Shown: positions 13,581 through 25,889 of the stretch, piece by piece
Numbering within the stretch: the first letter of the stretch is position 1
Layout: each line of letters starts with the position of its first letter
NCBI GenBank assembly: GCA_964016885.1
Contig: OZ024747.1
Location: 23,622,001-23,686,000, forward strand
Source: Eledone cirrhosa
Lineage: Eukaryota
Reading direction: 5' to 3'
DNA: 64,000 nucleotides
Program-made: the position numbers and the translations under genes
The notes under the pieces: generated by a model
What the model was told of the DNA's origin: nothing
Databases searched by the model: none
Seen by the model: the letters and a program-made list of their open reading frames with translations, nothing else

Positions 13581-15654
13581 GTAAGCTAATATTTCATTAA
13601 TTACAGTTGATTTCAATGCAGAACATTATGCTAAAAACAGAAGCATAAGCATTCATACTCATATATATACATATACATTCTGTATGCAAATGTACATATA
13701 CAATACATTCACCCATATTGATATGCATACATAAGTACACATGGATAAACATTTTTTTGTGGCACCACCATCACTTTACACAGTGTACTTGGGTGTGTGT
13801 GGGGGGGGGGGGGCAGCACCAATATTAACACTACAGAATGTTCTGGGTGCATTTTATAATGGCACCAGCACTAGAGAGATTACCACATGCTCATCAAGAC
13901 TGAAGGGGCTTCACAAACGCTATATTGATTCCATTCGACTACCAACCAACACTGTTGCCTTTAGTCTATCACCACATTTGCCTTTAGTGTCACAGTACTT
14001 GTACTGGGCAGGTCTTTCATATTATGGCACATCACTAGTCAGCTCAGTCATGTATCATCTCCTTCAGTTCAGTTCTTGAGATTATTCTTCACAGTTTTGT
14101 CCCATGTCTCTTTGGTCTCCCTTGGCGGGGGTCGGCTTATATTCAGATCAGCTTATATTTGAGTATATATGGTTATAAATTTCATTATTTAAATGATCAA
14201 TATTTATGGCATGGCTGCATTGATGACCATAGGCAATTATTTGTACCATCCCAACTACTGTTTATACAAATAGAATAACTATTACTTCTATTGTTGCTAC
14301 CTTTTTATAATAACATAATTGCTTGCAATGATTTTCTTAGTGGCACTGTAATTTCTGTCAGTTGTCACTGTGATGTAAGGTGGTGGTGGTTTGGTGTGGT
14401 AGTGGAGTGGAGAGGCTAATATTGTCACCAGATTGATAGTAACATCTCCAGTAAGCTACAATTACATCTTACTTCTTAATTCTGTTCCAAGCTGAACAAC
14501 ACAACGGCCCATCCTTAGAAAGTTTCTGTACAATAACAGTTTTTTTTTCCAAAGGAAAAGGTTAATAGCCCTTCACTCAACTCCTTTTTTCATTTCTGAA
14601 GAAAGATCTCACACAGCGCTTCTAATAACATAATACACCTGATTCATAAGACAGACAGAGAAACTGACAGAAAAATTTACACCAGTTTTTGACTGGTACT
14701 TTATTTATGTATCCTAGAAAAAAATGAAAAGCAAAGTTGACCTCAATGGGATTTGAATTCAAGTTTTCAGATAGCTGGAACAAAGGCATTTGTTTAATTT
14801 TCTAATGGTTCAGACAATTTGGCAACTTACAATTACATCAAGTCAATCAAAAATAGAAAGAGTGAATATTAAAAGTGACTGAATGAATATGAATGATCCT
14901 GTAACTCCTGATGGAGTCATAGAGGCACCATAGTGTCATATAGTGTGCCTTGGATATTTTAAATCCGATGGTGTCCATTCCTCACTAGGTCTGAACACAC
15001 TCAATTTCTTCCCAAGAAAAAAGAGTGATGAAAAGGAAGTGTCAAAGGAATATTGGGGAAGAATTGACCTCAGTAGTCGACTGGTACTTTTTTTATCAAC
15101 CTCGAAGTATGAAAAGCTAGGTTGACTTTAGTGGGATTTGAACTCAGAGAGCATAACGATCTGGAACACAAACCACGAAGCATTTCAGCCAGCATCTTAA
15201 TGATTCTGCTAATTCACTGCCTCTTAAACATGATTACAAGTAAAAAAATATATTAGCTATGGCATTTCTGATAACCCTTTTAATACCAAACTGCTCAAAA
15301 CAGTCCCTGTTTCTATAAAACAAGACCAACCATTTTAAAGAGTTCTGATATAAATTAAAACCTTCATACATAATTTGAGATCAGAACTTTTTCCTCACAC
15401 ATGTTACAAATATGATCTTAATAATGAAACAATAATTTTAGTAAATCTCTCAAAATGTTTCATTAATTGATTCAAACAATATTTCTTAATAATTGTCGTT
15501 AATGAACAAAAGAAGCAATAGAAGATGTTGGTAAGAATTCTGATGTTAAATGACAGTGAAAGATGGACAATAAATTTATATTATCTGCAAAAAATCAAGA
15601 GGACTGGATTAAATATAATCGGTAGAGAAAGAGTTATGCAGATTTATAAATATA

Positions 15655-15987
15655 CAGTGTACCCCTGGCTTTCGCGGTCCCGACATTTGTGGTCCTGGTT
15701 ATTCGCAGAATTTTCCTTAGAACCGAATTAATACTTGTTCGTGGAAACTACTGCATATTCGTGGAATCATAAATATCTTTCATGATTTTTATTTTTCTGG
15801 CTTTTTTGTGGCAATATATATATATTTTAATGCTAAATTAATAACAATATACCGTATTTGCCGCCTATATTTTACATTATATTTTGACGTTTATAGGCAT
15901 TTTTATGGACCACGTCCAATATTTCAGTTTTTCACTCTTCACGGGTGCTCTAGGAATGTAACCCCTGCAAATACCGGGGCATAACTG
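15655..15987. mobile_element. Tigger/Tc1-mariner-type MITE
   Basis: ta|CAGTGTACCCCTGGCTTTCGC ... GCAAATACCGGGGCATAACTG|ta; TA target duplication. Confidence 0.6.
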
Positions 15988-16711
15988 TATATACAATACA
16001 ATCAGTTGTTTGTTATACATAATATTAGGAATAACACGGTTATAAAATAATTGATAAAAGATGTAAAAAAAATGCTTAAATTTTAAGAAAAATCCAACCC
16101 AGTACAGTATGGAAAAAAATGATCCCTTATAAGCCTCAGCTGTGTATAAGAAATATTTTTGAAATATGAAAGAATCTACTTTGTTGAGGAATTATCTGTT
16201 CTAGTTTTTCAAACAAAATATAAATCTTGTCACAAGTTAGATAATAATATTCATCACAATGAACTAATGATAAGTTTTCAGGTACAGTGTACTCAGACTG
16301 ATTAACAAATAGTTATGAGTAATAGAAACATAATATGATAAAGAGCAGGAGGAGGGACATGTGGAAGTAGTGGAGGGGGAGGGGGATGAGTAGAGAAAGA
16401 AGACACAAATAAATGATCAGAGGTGGAGAATGAAGTGAACAAAAGAAAAGGTGATACTTAATTGGATCACAGAAGTGGGTCAACGTTGGCTGGGAGACTG
16501 TATATGATTAGTGAAATTTGGTATTTAACGGTTTTAAGAGACTGTTGTTGCATACTTGTATCTGTTTCATTTGTATAATAGTAATAATTATTGTTACTTA
16601 CTTATTTATTTATTATTATAATTATTATTATTACTTATTTATTTATTTGTTTGTTTGTTATAATTATTAATAATAATAATAATAATAATAATGTAAATAT
16701 TGAGATATATA

Positions 16712-17420
16712 GTGGAATAACAAGTAGACTAACAGGAAGATAAGACTTTGTATGTAGAAGATGCACAGAAGAAATCATAGTGAAGAGCGGCAGTGGTATA
16801 AACCCCTTCAAGTCTCAGGAAGGGTCCATAGAAGTGGTTGACAGCTTCTGCTTTCTAGGTGACAGAATCAGCAGTGAGCACATAATAGCCAGAATAAGGA
16901 TAGGATGGAAGCAGTTTAGTGAGCTACGCTCTCTGTTGACAACAAAAGGTTTCTCCCTACATACAAAAGGACAACAGTATGATACCTGTGTTCAAAGTGC
17001 GATGCTGAAGATGGGCAGTGACTGCAAAAGGCATGTGAAAACTGGAGAGAAATGAAGCAGCCATGCTTCATTGGATGTGCAACGTAATTGTGAGAGAAAG
17101 GCAGAGCTTGAAAAAACCTAGGTCTAAGAGGAATCCACAGTAGTGTGCAAGAGAGAAGACTGCATTTGTTGGTACAGATATGTGATGTGCATGGATGATT
17201 ATCGTTGAGTGAAAAGGTGCCAGGAAATGCCAGTAGATGGAAGCTGCAGTAGAGGTAGACCGAGAAAGACCTGGGCAGAGATGGTGCAGGCTGACCTCAA
17301 ATCAAAGAGACTAAAAGAGGAGATGATGAAGAAATGTGGCAAGTGGAGAGATGCTGTGCTGAAAAAGACCTGTCCAACCCCATGCAAGCGTGGAAAAATG
17401 GATGTAATGATGATGATGAT
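16712..17420 (+). mobile_element. Degenerate RTE LINE 3' end in the Rab32 intron after exon 13399
   Basis: IEVVDSFCFLG, GRPRKTW and a gatgatgat tail. Confidence 0.88.
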
Positions 17421-17499
17421 ATATTGCACTAATTCCTATAGCCATTTGCTTTATATCCAGATGACCCTGCATTTCTCAATTTTCTTTTTCTTTATCTGT

Positions 17500-18895
17500 A
17501 TGTTCCACTTCTGTAGATCCTACCTCTGTATGTCCTATCTCCCTACATCCTATTTCTCTATGATCTATCTCTCTACATCCTACCTTTGTATGTCCTAACC
17601 CTCCACATATCTGTCTATATCCAATCTCTGTATGTCCTATCTCTCTGTATCCTAACTCTCTACATCACATCTCTATGTCCTATCTCTCTACATCCTATTT
17701 CTCTATGACCTATCTCTCTACATCCTACCTTTGTATGTCCTAACCCTCTACATCAAATCTCTCTGTCCTAACTCTCTGTGTCCTAACTCTCTCTGTCCTA
17801 ACTCTCTCTGTCCTAACTCTCTGTGTCCTAACTCTCTATGACCTAACTCTCTGTGTACTAACTCCCTGTGTCCTAACTCTCTGTGTCCTAACTCTCTATG
17901 TCCTAACTCTCTGTGTCCTAACTCTCTCTGTCCTAACTCTCTATGTACTAACTCTCTGTGTCCTAACTCTCTATGTCCTAACTCTCTATGTCCTAACTCT
18001 CTGTGTACTAACTCTGTGTCCTAACTCTCTGTGTCCTAACTCTGTGTCCTAACTCTCTCTGTCCTAACTCTCTATGTACTAACTCTCTGTGTCCTAACTA
18101 TGTCCTAACTCTCTATGTCCTAACTCTCTGTGTACTAACTCTGTGTCCTAACTCTCTCTGTCCTAACTCTGTGTCCTAACTCTCTCTGTCCTAACTCTCT
18201 ATGTACTAACTCTCTGTGTCCTAACTCTCTATGTCCTAACTCTCTGTGTCCTAACTCTCTGTGTCCTAACTCTCTCTGTCCTAACTCTCTATGTACTAAC
18301 TCTCTATGTCCTAACTCTCTATGTCCTAACTCTCTGTGTACTAACTCTGTGTCCTAACTCTCTGTGTCCTAACTCTGTGTCCTAACTCTGTGTCCTAACT
18401 CTCTCTGTCCTAACTCTCTATGAACTAACTCTCTGTGTCCTAACTCTCTATGTCCTAACTCTCTGTGTACTAACTCTGTGTCCTAACTCTCTGTGTCCTA
18501 ACTCTGTGTCCTAACTATCTCTGTCCTAACTATCTGTGTCCTAACTCTCTGTCCTAACTCTCCTAACTCTCTCTGTCCTAACTCTCTATGTACTAACTCT
18601 CTGTGTCCTAACTCTTTATATCCTAACTCTCTGTGTACTAACTCTGTGTCCTAACTCTCTGTGTCCTAACTCTGTGTCCTAACTCTCTGTGTCCTAACTA
18701 TCTGTGTCCTAACTCTCTGTGTCCTAACTCTCTATATCCTAACTCTCTATGTCCTAACTCTCTGTGTCCTAACTCTCTGTGTCCTAACTCTCTGTGTCCT
18801 AACTCTCCGTGTCCTAACTCTCTGTGTCCTAACTCTCTACATCATATCTCTGTGTCCTATCTTTCTACACCCAATCTCTGTATCTCCTATTTCTA
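17500..18895. repeat. 15-bp (and 13-bp variant) pyrimidine-rich minisatellite
   Basis: Unit tgtcctaactctctg/a; homogeneous core at about 17764-18840 with degenerate flanks. Confidence 0.95.
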
Positions 18896-18988
18896 CAGGG
18901 TAAACCACTACTGCTTACTTTCAATCTTATAGTTTTATGAAAATTAATTAGATATATTTATTTTGAAGAATGAATCTTATATTTCCAG

Positions 18989-19132
18989 TGTGATCAAACC
19001 AAGGAAGGCCTTGTGAATAATACAGACCAAATGGATGATTTCTGTAAAGAAAAAGGTTTTCTGAACTGGTTTGAAACTTCAGCAAAAGAAAATATTAACA
19101 TAGATGAGGCTGCTCGATATTTGGTTGGACAG
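18989..19132 (+). CDS. RAB32: Rab32/38 coding exon (G4 end, G5)
   Basis: ttccag|CDQTKEGLVNNTDQMDDFCKEKGFLNWFETSAKENINIDEAARYLVGQ|gtaata; NKCD and ETSAK motifs. Confidence 0.95.
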
Positions 19133-19149
19133 GTAATATTATTTCTTTA

Positions 19150-19530
19150 TTTTGATCTACAGTGTCAGTAGAGTGCCAGGCAACATGCTTTGTGGTATTT
19201 AGTTATGGTTCTTTTATCCACTTTCCATTCCCTTTAAATTGCTGGCCTTGTGCCAAAAGTGGAAACAATTATTATTACTACTACTACTACTACTAGGGCG
19301 GTGGAGTGGCAGTATCAGTAGAGCATCGAATACCCTGCTTTGCGGCATAGAGTTGCAGCCTTTTATGTTCTGAGTTCAAATCCCTCTGAGGTTAGCTTTG
19401 CTTTTCATCCTGACGGGGGAGGGGGGGGGGTCGATAAAATAAAGTACCAGTAATGAACTGGTGTCAATTTAATTGACTTTCCCCTCCCCCAAAATTGTTG
19501 GCCTTGTGCCTAAATCAGAAACCAATATTT
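19150..19530 (+). mobile_element. SINE family 1 (a deleted copy followed by a full copy)
   Basis: gggcggtggagtggcagtatc ... gagttcaaatcc ... gtcgataaaataaagtaccag. Confidence 0.8.
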
Positions 19531-19994
19531 ATACCAAGCCACAAATTTAGGGAGACCAAACAATTAAATCAATCCAGTTCTTAACTGGTCCATTTTGTTT
19601 TATTAACCTTTAACATGCTGAATTGTTTTATGAATTGCTTCCCTTGACACTGAATTATGTATTAAGAGGGATTACTCTATTGTCGCAACTTGTCGATGAC
19701 AGTGCTTTAAAGGTTAAATATCAAAATGTTTGAATAAGCCATTTTGTTCCGCTCTTTCTATTGATTCTTCTATCTGTTGAACATGTGTTTGGGTTGATTT
19801 AATTAACTTTGCCTTTTCCCAGATTTGTTGGCCTTGTATCAAAATTAGAAATCAGTATTAAAATATTTATGAAGCCTGGGAGGATAATAAAGATGATGCA
19901 ATAATATTTGTGGAGGAGGATATGGACATTTTCAGAGAAAAAAAAACAGAAAAATAAAGAAAAAAGAAATACAACCTAAAGCATTTTGATAAAA

Positions 19995-20283
19995 ATAATT
20001 GTTTCTACTTTTGGCACAAGGCCAGCAATTACCCAGTGTATTACTGGTACTTTATTTTATCGACCCCGTAAGGATGAAAGGCAAAGTTAACCTCGGTGCG
20101 ATTTGAACTCAGAATGGCAAGGACCGTAACTCTATGAGTCAAAACATGGCGTCCGACCCTCTAACGATACTGCCAATCCACTGCCATTTTGATAAAAATA
20201 ATAATATTAAAACACTTATGAAGATTGAGAGGATAATAATGTGTGTGTGTATATATATATATATATGTGTGTGTATGTATATA

Positions 20284-20316
<33 letters not shown>

Positions 20317-20525
20317 GGGCGCGCTACGGATAGATGCATAGTGAATAATTGTTTCTACTTTTGGCACAAGGCCAGCAATTACTCAGTGCATTACTGGTAC
20401 TTTATTTTATCGACCCTGTAAGGATGAAAAGCAAAGTTAACCTCGGTGGGATTTGAACTCAGAATGGCAAGGGCCATAACTATGTGTTAAAGCATGGCGT
20501 CCAACCCGCTACCGATAATGCCAAG
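19995..20525 (-). mobile_element. Two antisense SINE family 1 copies (19995-20187 and 20345-20525)
   Basis: Reverse complement of the same core (ctggtactttattttatcgaccc..aggatgaaaggcaaag..ggatttgaactc). Confidence 0.85.
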
Positions 20526-20999
20526 CATTGAAACATCTGTGACCCATAGTTAACTACTGACGAAGGGAGACTGTCCACCTCTTGTTTGTGTCCCCTTACC
20601 TTCTAATACTCGTTATCAGTAACCACACAGCCCTCTTCTCGTCCATATTTGATATATATATATTTTTTTTTTAAGCTGTAAATTATAATCAATGTGATGT
20701 GTTAACTGGCTTACCAATGTATGCAGTGAATTTATTTGCCCTGGGTGTCAGGAAGACACTCAGCATATATCAGAAACAATGCTGAAGGAAAAGGAAAAAA
20801 TAATAAAAAATAATAATAATGGTTTCTTTATTAATAATAATGCAATAATATGTAAGAATTGATTGAAATTTTCAGATAAATGCTAAACTAAGAAGAATCC
20901 AATATAACCTTTCAATTTAATCCAATTTTACACAATTAATCCTAATAATCTACTTGTCTGAAATCTATTTTTTCATATTTTTGAGTGATAACAATCAAT

Positions 21000-21395
21000 G
21001 TTAACTGATTAATTGTTATATAATTAGTTATATAATTGTTATATAATTAATCATTATATAATTAGTTAACTAATTATACAACAATCAAATTATATATATA
21101 ATTACTTGTACAATTAATTGTTATATAATTATGTATATAATTGTTATGTAATTGGTTATATAGTTAATTGTTGTATAATTAACTGTTATATAATTATGGA
21201 ATTGTTATATAATCAGTTGTTATATAATTAGTTATGTAGTTAGTTGTTATATAATTAGTTGTATAGTTGGTTATATAATTAATTGTATAATTGTTTGTAT
21301 GATTAGTTATATAATTAGTTGCATAATTATTATATAATTAGTTAAAGAATTAATTATATAATTAGTTATAGAATTAATTGTTATATAATTAGTTA
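21000..21395. repeat. Degenerate AT-rich short tandem repeat
   Basis: Recurrent ttatataatt(ag/aa)ttg units. Confidence 0.8.
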
Positions 21396-21968
21396 TTTTT
21401 GCCAAAGAGGAAACATTTGAAAATTCTTGCTTTACATAGTCACAGGCATGGCTGTATTGTTAAAGAGTTTGTCTCACAACATGGTTATGGATTCAGTCCC
21501 ACTGTACTTGTCTTTTACTATAGACTCAGGTTGACCAATGACTTGAGAGTGAAATTTTGGAAACAGAAACTAAGTCCATCATATATACATATATATATGT
21601 CTGTGTTTATGTTTGTGTCTGCATCTGTCTATGTCCAGTAACATAAAGAGATCAGTAAAATAAGTACTAGACTTTAAAAAATATCGGCCTCAGCATGGTA
21701 ACACTCTAATGACTGAAATCAATAAAAGAATAAGCTGCACTGGGTTGTTTTCTTGGTCTGATCTGAAGATCATTTCTTTTCTTCCGTCAGGAGTTGTGAC
21801 TGACAGACAGTATCAGCAAAGGAAACATTGTTTCCATTGGTCTGATCTGACAATTGGTTCCTTTTCTTTTACTTGAGTAGCTCCATAAATAAATTCTGTT
21901 ATGAAATGATTAGCCTGAAATGTTTTTAAGATAATGCTTCTTTTTTTTTTTTTAACCCCCTACTTCAG

Positions 21969-22082
21969 ATCCTGAAAAATGATCAAAGCATGAATACTGG
22001 TAGTACAGAAGAAGACAAAGAAAGAATTCAATTGGCTAACGCCAACCAGCAAGAAGCAACAAAAAAATCTTGCTGCAGATAG
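21969..22082 (+). CDS. RAB32: Rab32/38 terminal coding exon with prenylation motif
   Basis: Polypyrimidine tract, ttcag|ILKNDQSMNTGSTEEDKERIQLANANQQEATKKSCCR*; C-terminal CCX geranylgeranylation motif. Confidence 0.9.
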   Translation: MLKNDQSMNTGSTEEDKERIQLANANQQEATKKSCCR

Positions 22083-22257
22083 AAGCTTTGAACTCTGAAT
22101 TAATTATTCAAATAGTTTTTTTTGTTTATATATATATAAATAACTATTGCTTTCTTCCTTTAACTTCTTTCCATGTGAAAAACTAAAAAAAAAAGAAAAA
22201 CAAAAAATAACATATTTCCTGTATTTTTTTTTTTATTTCAATAATTTTAACCTAGTT

Positions 22258-23348
22258 TAATAATTGTTTCTACTTTAGGCACAAGTCCAGCAATTTTTGG
22301 GGAGGGAAAGTCAATTAAATCGACCCCAGAGCATTACTGAAAGGGATTAGTGTCAGGAAGGATATCTGGCTGTAGATCATTGTCTAAAAAGATCCCGTCC
22401 AGAGCAACACAGAAAATTGGATGTAATAACGAGGATAATAAGGGTTTCTTATATAGGCACAAGGCCAGCAATTTGGGGGGAAGGGAAAGTTGATTAAATT
22501 GACCCCAGTGTGTGACTGGTACTTTATTTTATCAACTCTGTAACAATGAAAGGCAAAGCTAACCTCAGTTGGATTTGAACTCAGAACGTAAAGGGCCGTA
22601 ACTATGCTGTGAAGCATGTTGCCCGACGCTCTATTGATACTGCCAATCCACCGCGCTACCCTAATTTAATAATGGACTCTGTATCAAGGAAATTGAAAAA
22701 TGATCCAAATATAGAAATAACCTGAATGTGGATGATGAAAAAAACATACTGACAGATATATAACTGAAAGCCCAGGACTTAGAAATATATAAAACTACAA
22801 GATACTGCACACGTTACAAAGAGTAATCTCAATACAATAGAAATAACACCAAAACCAACACCTCATATACCCAAGGCACACATAACTGTGCTCTGTGACG
22901 ACATGCAATAAAAATAAGACTAATAATGATAATTTCTACTTTTGGTACAAGGCCAGCAATTCAAAGAGAAATGAACTGGAACCCCAGTGCATTACTGGTA
23001 CTTTATTTTACTGGCTCCGTAGGGATGAAAGGTAAAGCTAACCTCGGCAGAATTTGAACTCAGAACGTAAAGAATCGTAACTATACCACAATGCAGGGTC
23101 TCCAATTCACTACCAATACTGGCTAGCCACTGCCCTAATAATGATTTCTACTTTAGGCACAAGGCCAGTAATTTGAAGGGGAGGGGAAAGTCGATTAAAT
23201 CGATACAGTGCATTACTGGTGCTTTATTTTATCAACCTTGTAAGGATGAAAGGCAGAGCTAACCTTGGCGGCGTTTGAACTCAGAACATAAAGGGTTGTA
23301 ACTCTATGCTGTAAAGCATATTGTCCAATGCTCTACCAATACTGGCAA
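22258..23348 (-). mobile_element. Cluster of antisense SINE family 1 copies downstream of the Rab32 stop (22258-22660 and 22930-23348)
   Basis: Same reverse-complement core. Further degenerate copies lie at about 1930-2097, 14680-14830, 15055-15222 and 33860-34070 (-), and 44130-44232 (+). Confidence 0.8.
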
Positions 23349-23623
23349 AATATATATATATATAAACTATTGGTTGGAAGATTAAGTTGGTAAAATTATG
23401 CCAAGAAATGTCATGCACAATGTAGTTCTGCAATCATCCAAAGAGGTATCCATATGGAACCAAGAATTAAAACATTCGGTAAACAAATCTGGGTTGTATG
23501 AGTGTAAGTACACAGAGCATCTAAATAATAAATCCAGGAATTCTGAGGTAATTTAAGACATTTTTATTCGTCTTACACATGTTTCAACAAACTCAATGTG
23601 AAGAATATGGAAGTGTTTGAGAG

Positions 23624-23941
23624 TAGGGGTGTGCATCATATTCCATTGGCGGGCCACTTTTGAACATTGGAACACCTATTAGGGCCATTAATATTTATCA
23701 ACCACTATTCCAAAGATTCACCACCAACTTCTTTCCATAACATGGAACTGGGAAATTATAACACACATAACCCTATCAGTGAAGCCCTTTAGTATAGGTC
23801 AACTAACGGAATATTGTATTACGGTTACAAAACAAATTCTAAATAAGTCTACAAGGGAAAAATTAAAAAGTTATTGTGGTCCACTCTGACTGGTCTGGCG
23901 GGCCGGATTGTGGCCCACGGGCCACCTGTTGCACGCCCCTG
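23624..23941. mobile_element. hAT/Charlie-like MITE
   Basis: TIRs (T)AGGGGTGTGCA / TGCACGCCCCTG; subterminal gcgggccggattgtggcccacgggcc is typical of Charlie-type elements. Confidence 0.7.
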
Positions 23942-24324
23942 CATTAGAGTATATACTAAAACACAAACATAAAACTGAATAATCTCCCTTTACACAATTT
24001 TATATCTCATTTGTGTCTTCAAAGACATTACAAACACAAATTGGAAGAAATCTCTATTTGCAAATAATATCCGAGCATCACAATAATATTATAACTGAAA
24101 AAAGATAAGTTTTCTGAGCTGCTAAATTAGAGGTTAAATTTAAATTTAAATAAAGATAACAAGAATTACATAATGTTGAAGAGAGGAACTGAAAGTAAAG
24201 CCAGTTGAAGGTAGATAAATAGTTATACAAAATTTTAAGTAAGAAATATACCAAAACAATATTTAATATTTTAATAACATATACATTATGTGTGTGCTTT
24301 TGTTACATTCACATATTTAATATA

Positions 24325-25847
24325 TCATCATCATCATCATCATCATTTTACGTCCGCTTTTCCCTGCTTGCAAGGGTGGGACGGGTCTTATTCAGCACAG
24401 CATCTCTCCACTCGTCACGGTCCCTCGTCATCTCCACCGTGAGCTTCAATGATCTGAGGTCTGTTCTCACCACCTCCGCCCATGTTTTTCGTGGTCTACC
24501 TCTACCACGTCTTCCTTCAACTGGCATTTCCTGGCACTTCTTCACCCATCGGTCATCCTCCATGCGCATCACATGTCCATACCACCTCAGTCTCCTCTCC
24601 CGTACACTACATTCTATCCCTCTCAGACACAGTTTCTCTCTCAACACATTTATGCTGGGTCGTTCACGCACATTTACACTGCACATCCAACGGAGCATGC
24701 TTGCCTCATTTCTCTCCAGCCGTCGCATATCTTCTGCGGTTGCTGACCATGTCTCACTACTATGCAGCATCGCGCTCCTCACACAGGCATCATACAACCG
24801 GCCTTTCGTATGCAGGGAGAAACCCTTCTTCGTCAACAGAGGAAGCAGCTCCCTAAACTTCTTCCAACCCGTCCTTATTCTAGATACTATGGCCTCGGAA
24901 CACCCTCCTCCCATGCTAATCTGATCTCCTAGGTACCGGAAGCTATCCACCACCTCTATAGCGCCCTCTCGCATTTGAAAAATGTGTCTATCAGTGCGAC
25001 TTCTACTGTCTAATTTCCCTGTACATCTACTGCATACATATTTCTCCCTACCTGTTAGTTTGCCTGCTATCCCGCTACATCTCTTGTGTACCCAGGACCT
25101 GCATTGTGTGCATTTTATAGAATTTATGCCAGTTCCTTTTCTGCATATCGAACATGGCCATTTCCCTGACGGAATCAGGGTTTTGTCCTCTTTTCTACTT
25201 ATCAACACTTTTGTCTTAGCTAGATTTACTCTCAGTCCTCTTGCTTCCAACTGCTGTTTCCATAGCCGGAATTTATTCTCTAGCTCCTCTACTGATTCTG
25301 CCATAAGAGCCAGATCGTCAGCATAGAGAAGTTCCCATGGACAGCCAGTCTTAAACTCCTCTGTTATGGCTTGGAGGACTATAATGAACAAGAGCGGGCT
25401 GAGGACCGAACCCTGATGTACTCCTACTTGTATCTGGAATTCCTCACTAAACTCCATTCCTACCCTGACTTTACTGAGAGTACCTCTATACAAAGTTTGC
25501 ACTGTCCTCAAGCCATTCCTCAACACCCAGCTTCCTTAGGGACCACCAGATGACAGATCGGGGTACCCTATCAAAGGCCTTCTCTAGGTCAACAAAGGCT
25601 AAGTATAGTGGCTTATTCTTCTCTAAGAACCTCTCTTGCATTTGTTTCACCAAGAAGAGGGCATCTGTTGTACTCTTCCCAGGCACAAAACCAAACTGCA
25701 TCTCATCTAGTTGGACTCTTTCCCTAATTAGTTGTGCTAAAATCCTTTCTGCCACTTTCATAACCTGATCTATCAGTTTTATACCCCTATAATTGCTCCT
25801 CTCCAAAGCATCCCCTTTACCTTTGTAGCAATTTATGAGAATACTGC

Positions 25848-25851
<4 letters not shown>
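24325..25851 (-). mobile_element. RTE-clade LINE, 5'-truncated, relatively young (one frameshift near 25520), with (TGA)n tail
   Basis: ORFs 25486-25806 and 24348-25526: NYRGIKL, QFGF, AFVDLEKAFDRV, GVHQGSVLSP, LLYADDL, FRYLG, RRLRWYGHV, GRPRKTW; the 3' end is followed by TGA/GAT repeats. Confidence 0.95.
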
Positions 25852-25884
<33 letters not shown>

Positions 25885-25889
25885 TTTAA

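Noticed and set aside
24292-25768. Plus-strand ORFs overlapping the RTE
   Set aside because: Antisense shadows of the RTE reverse transcriptase frame.
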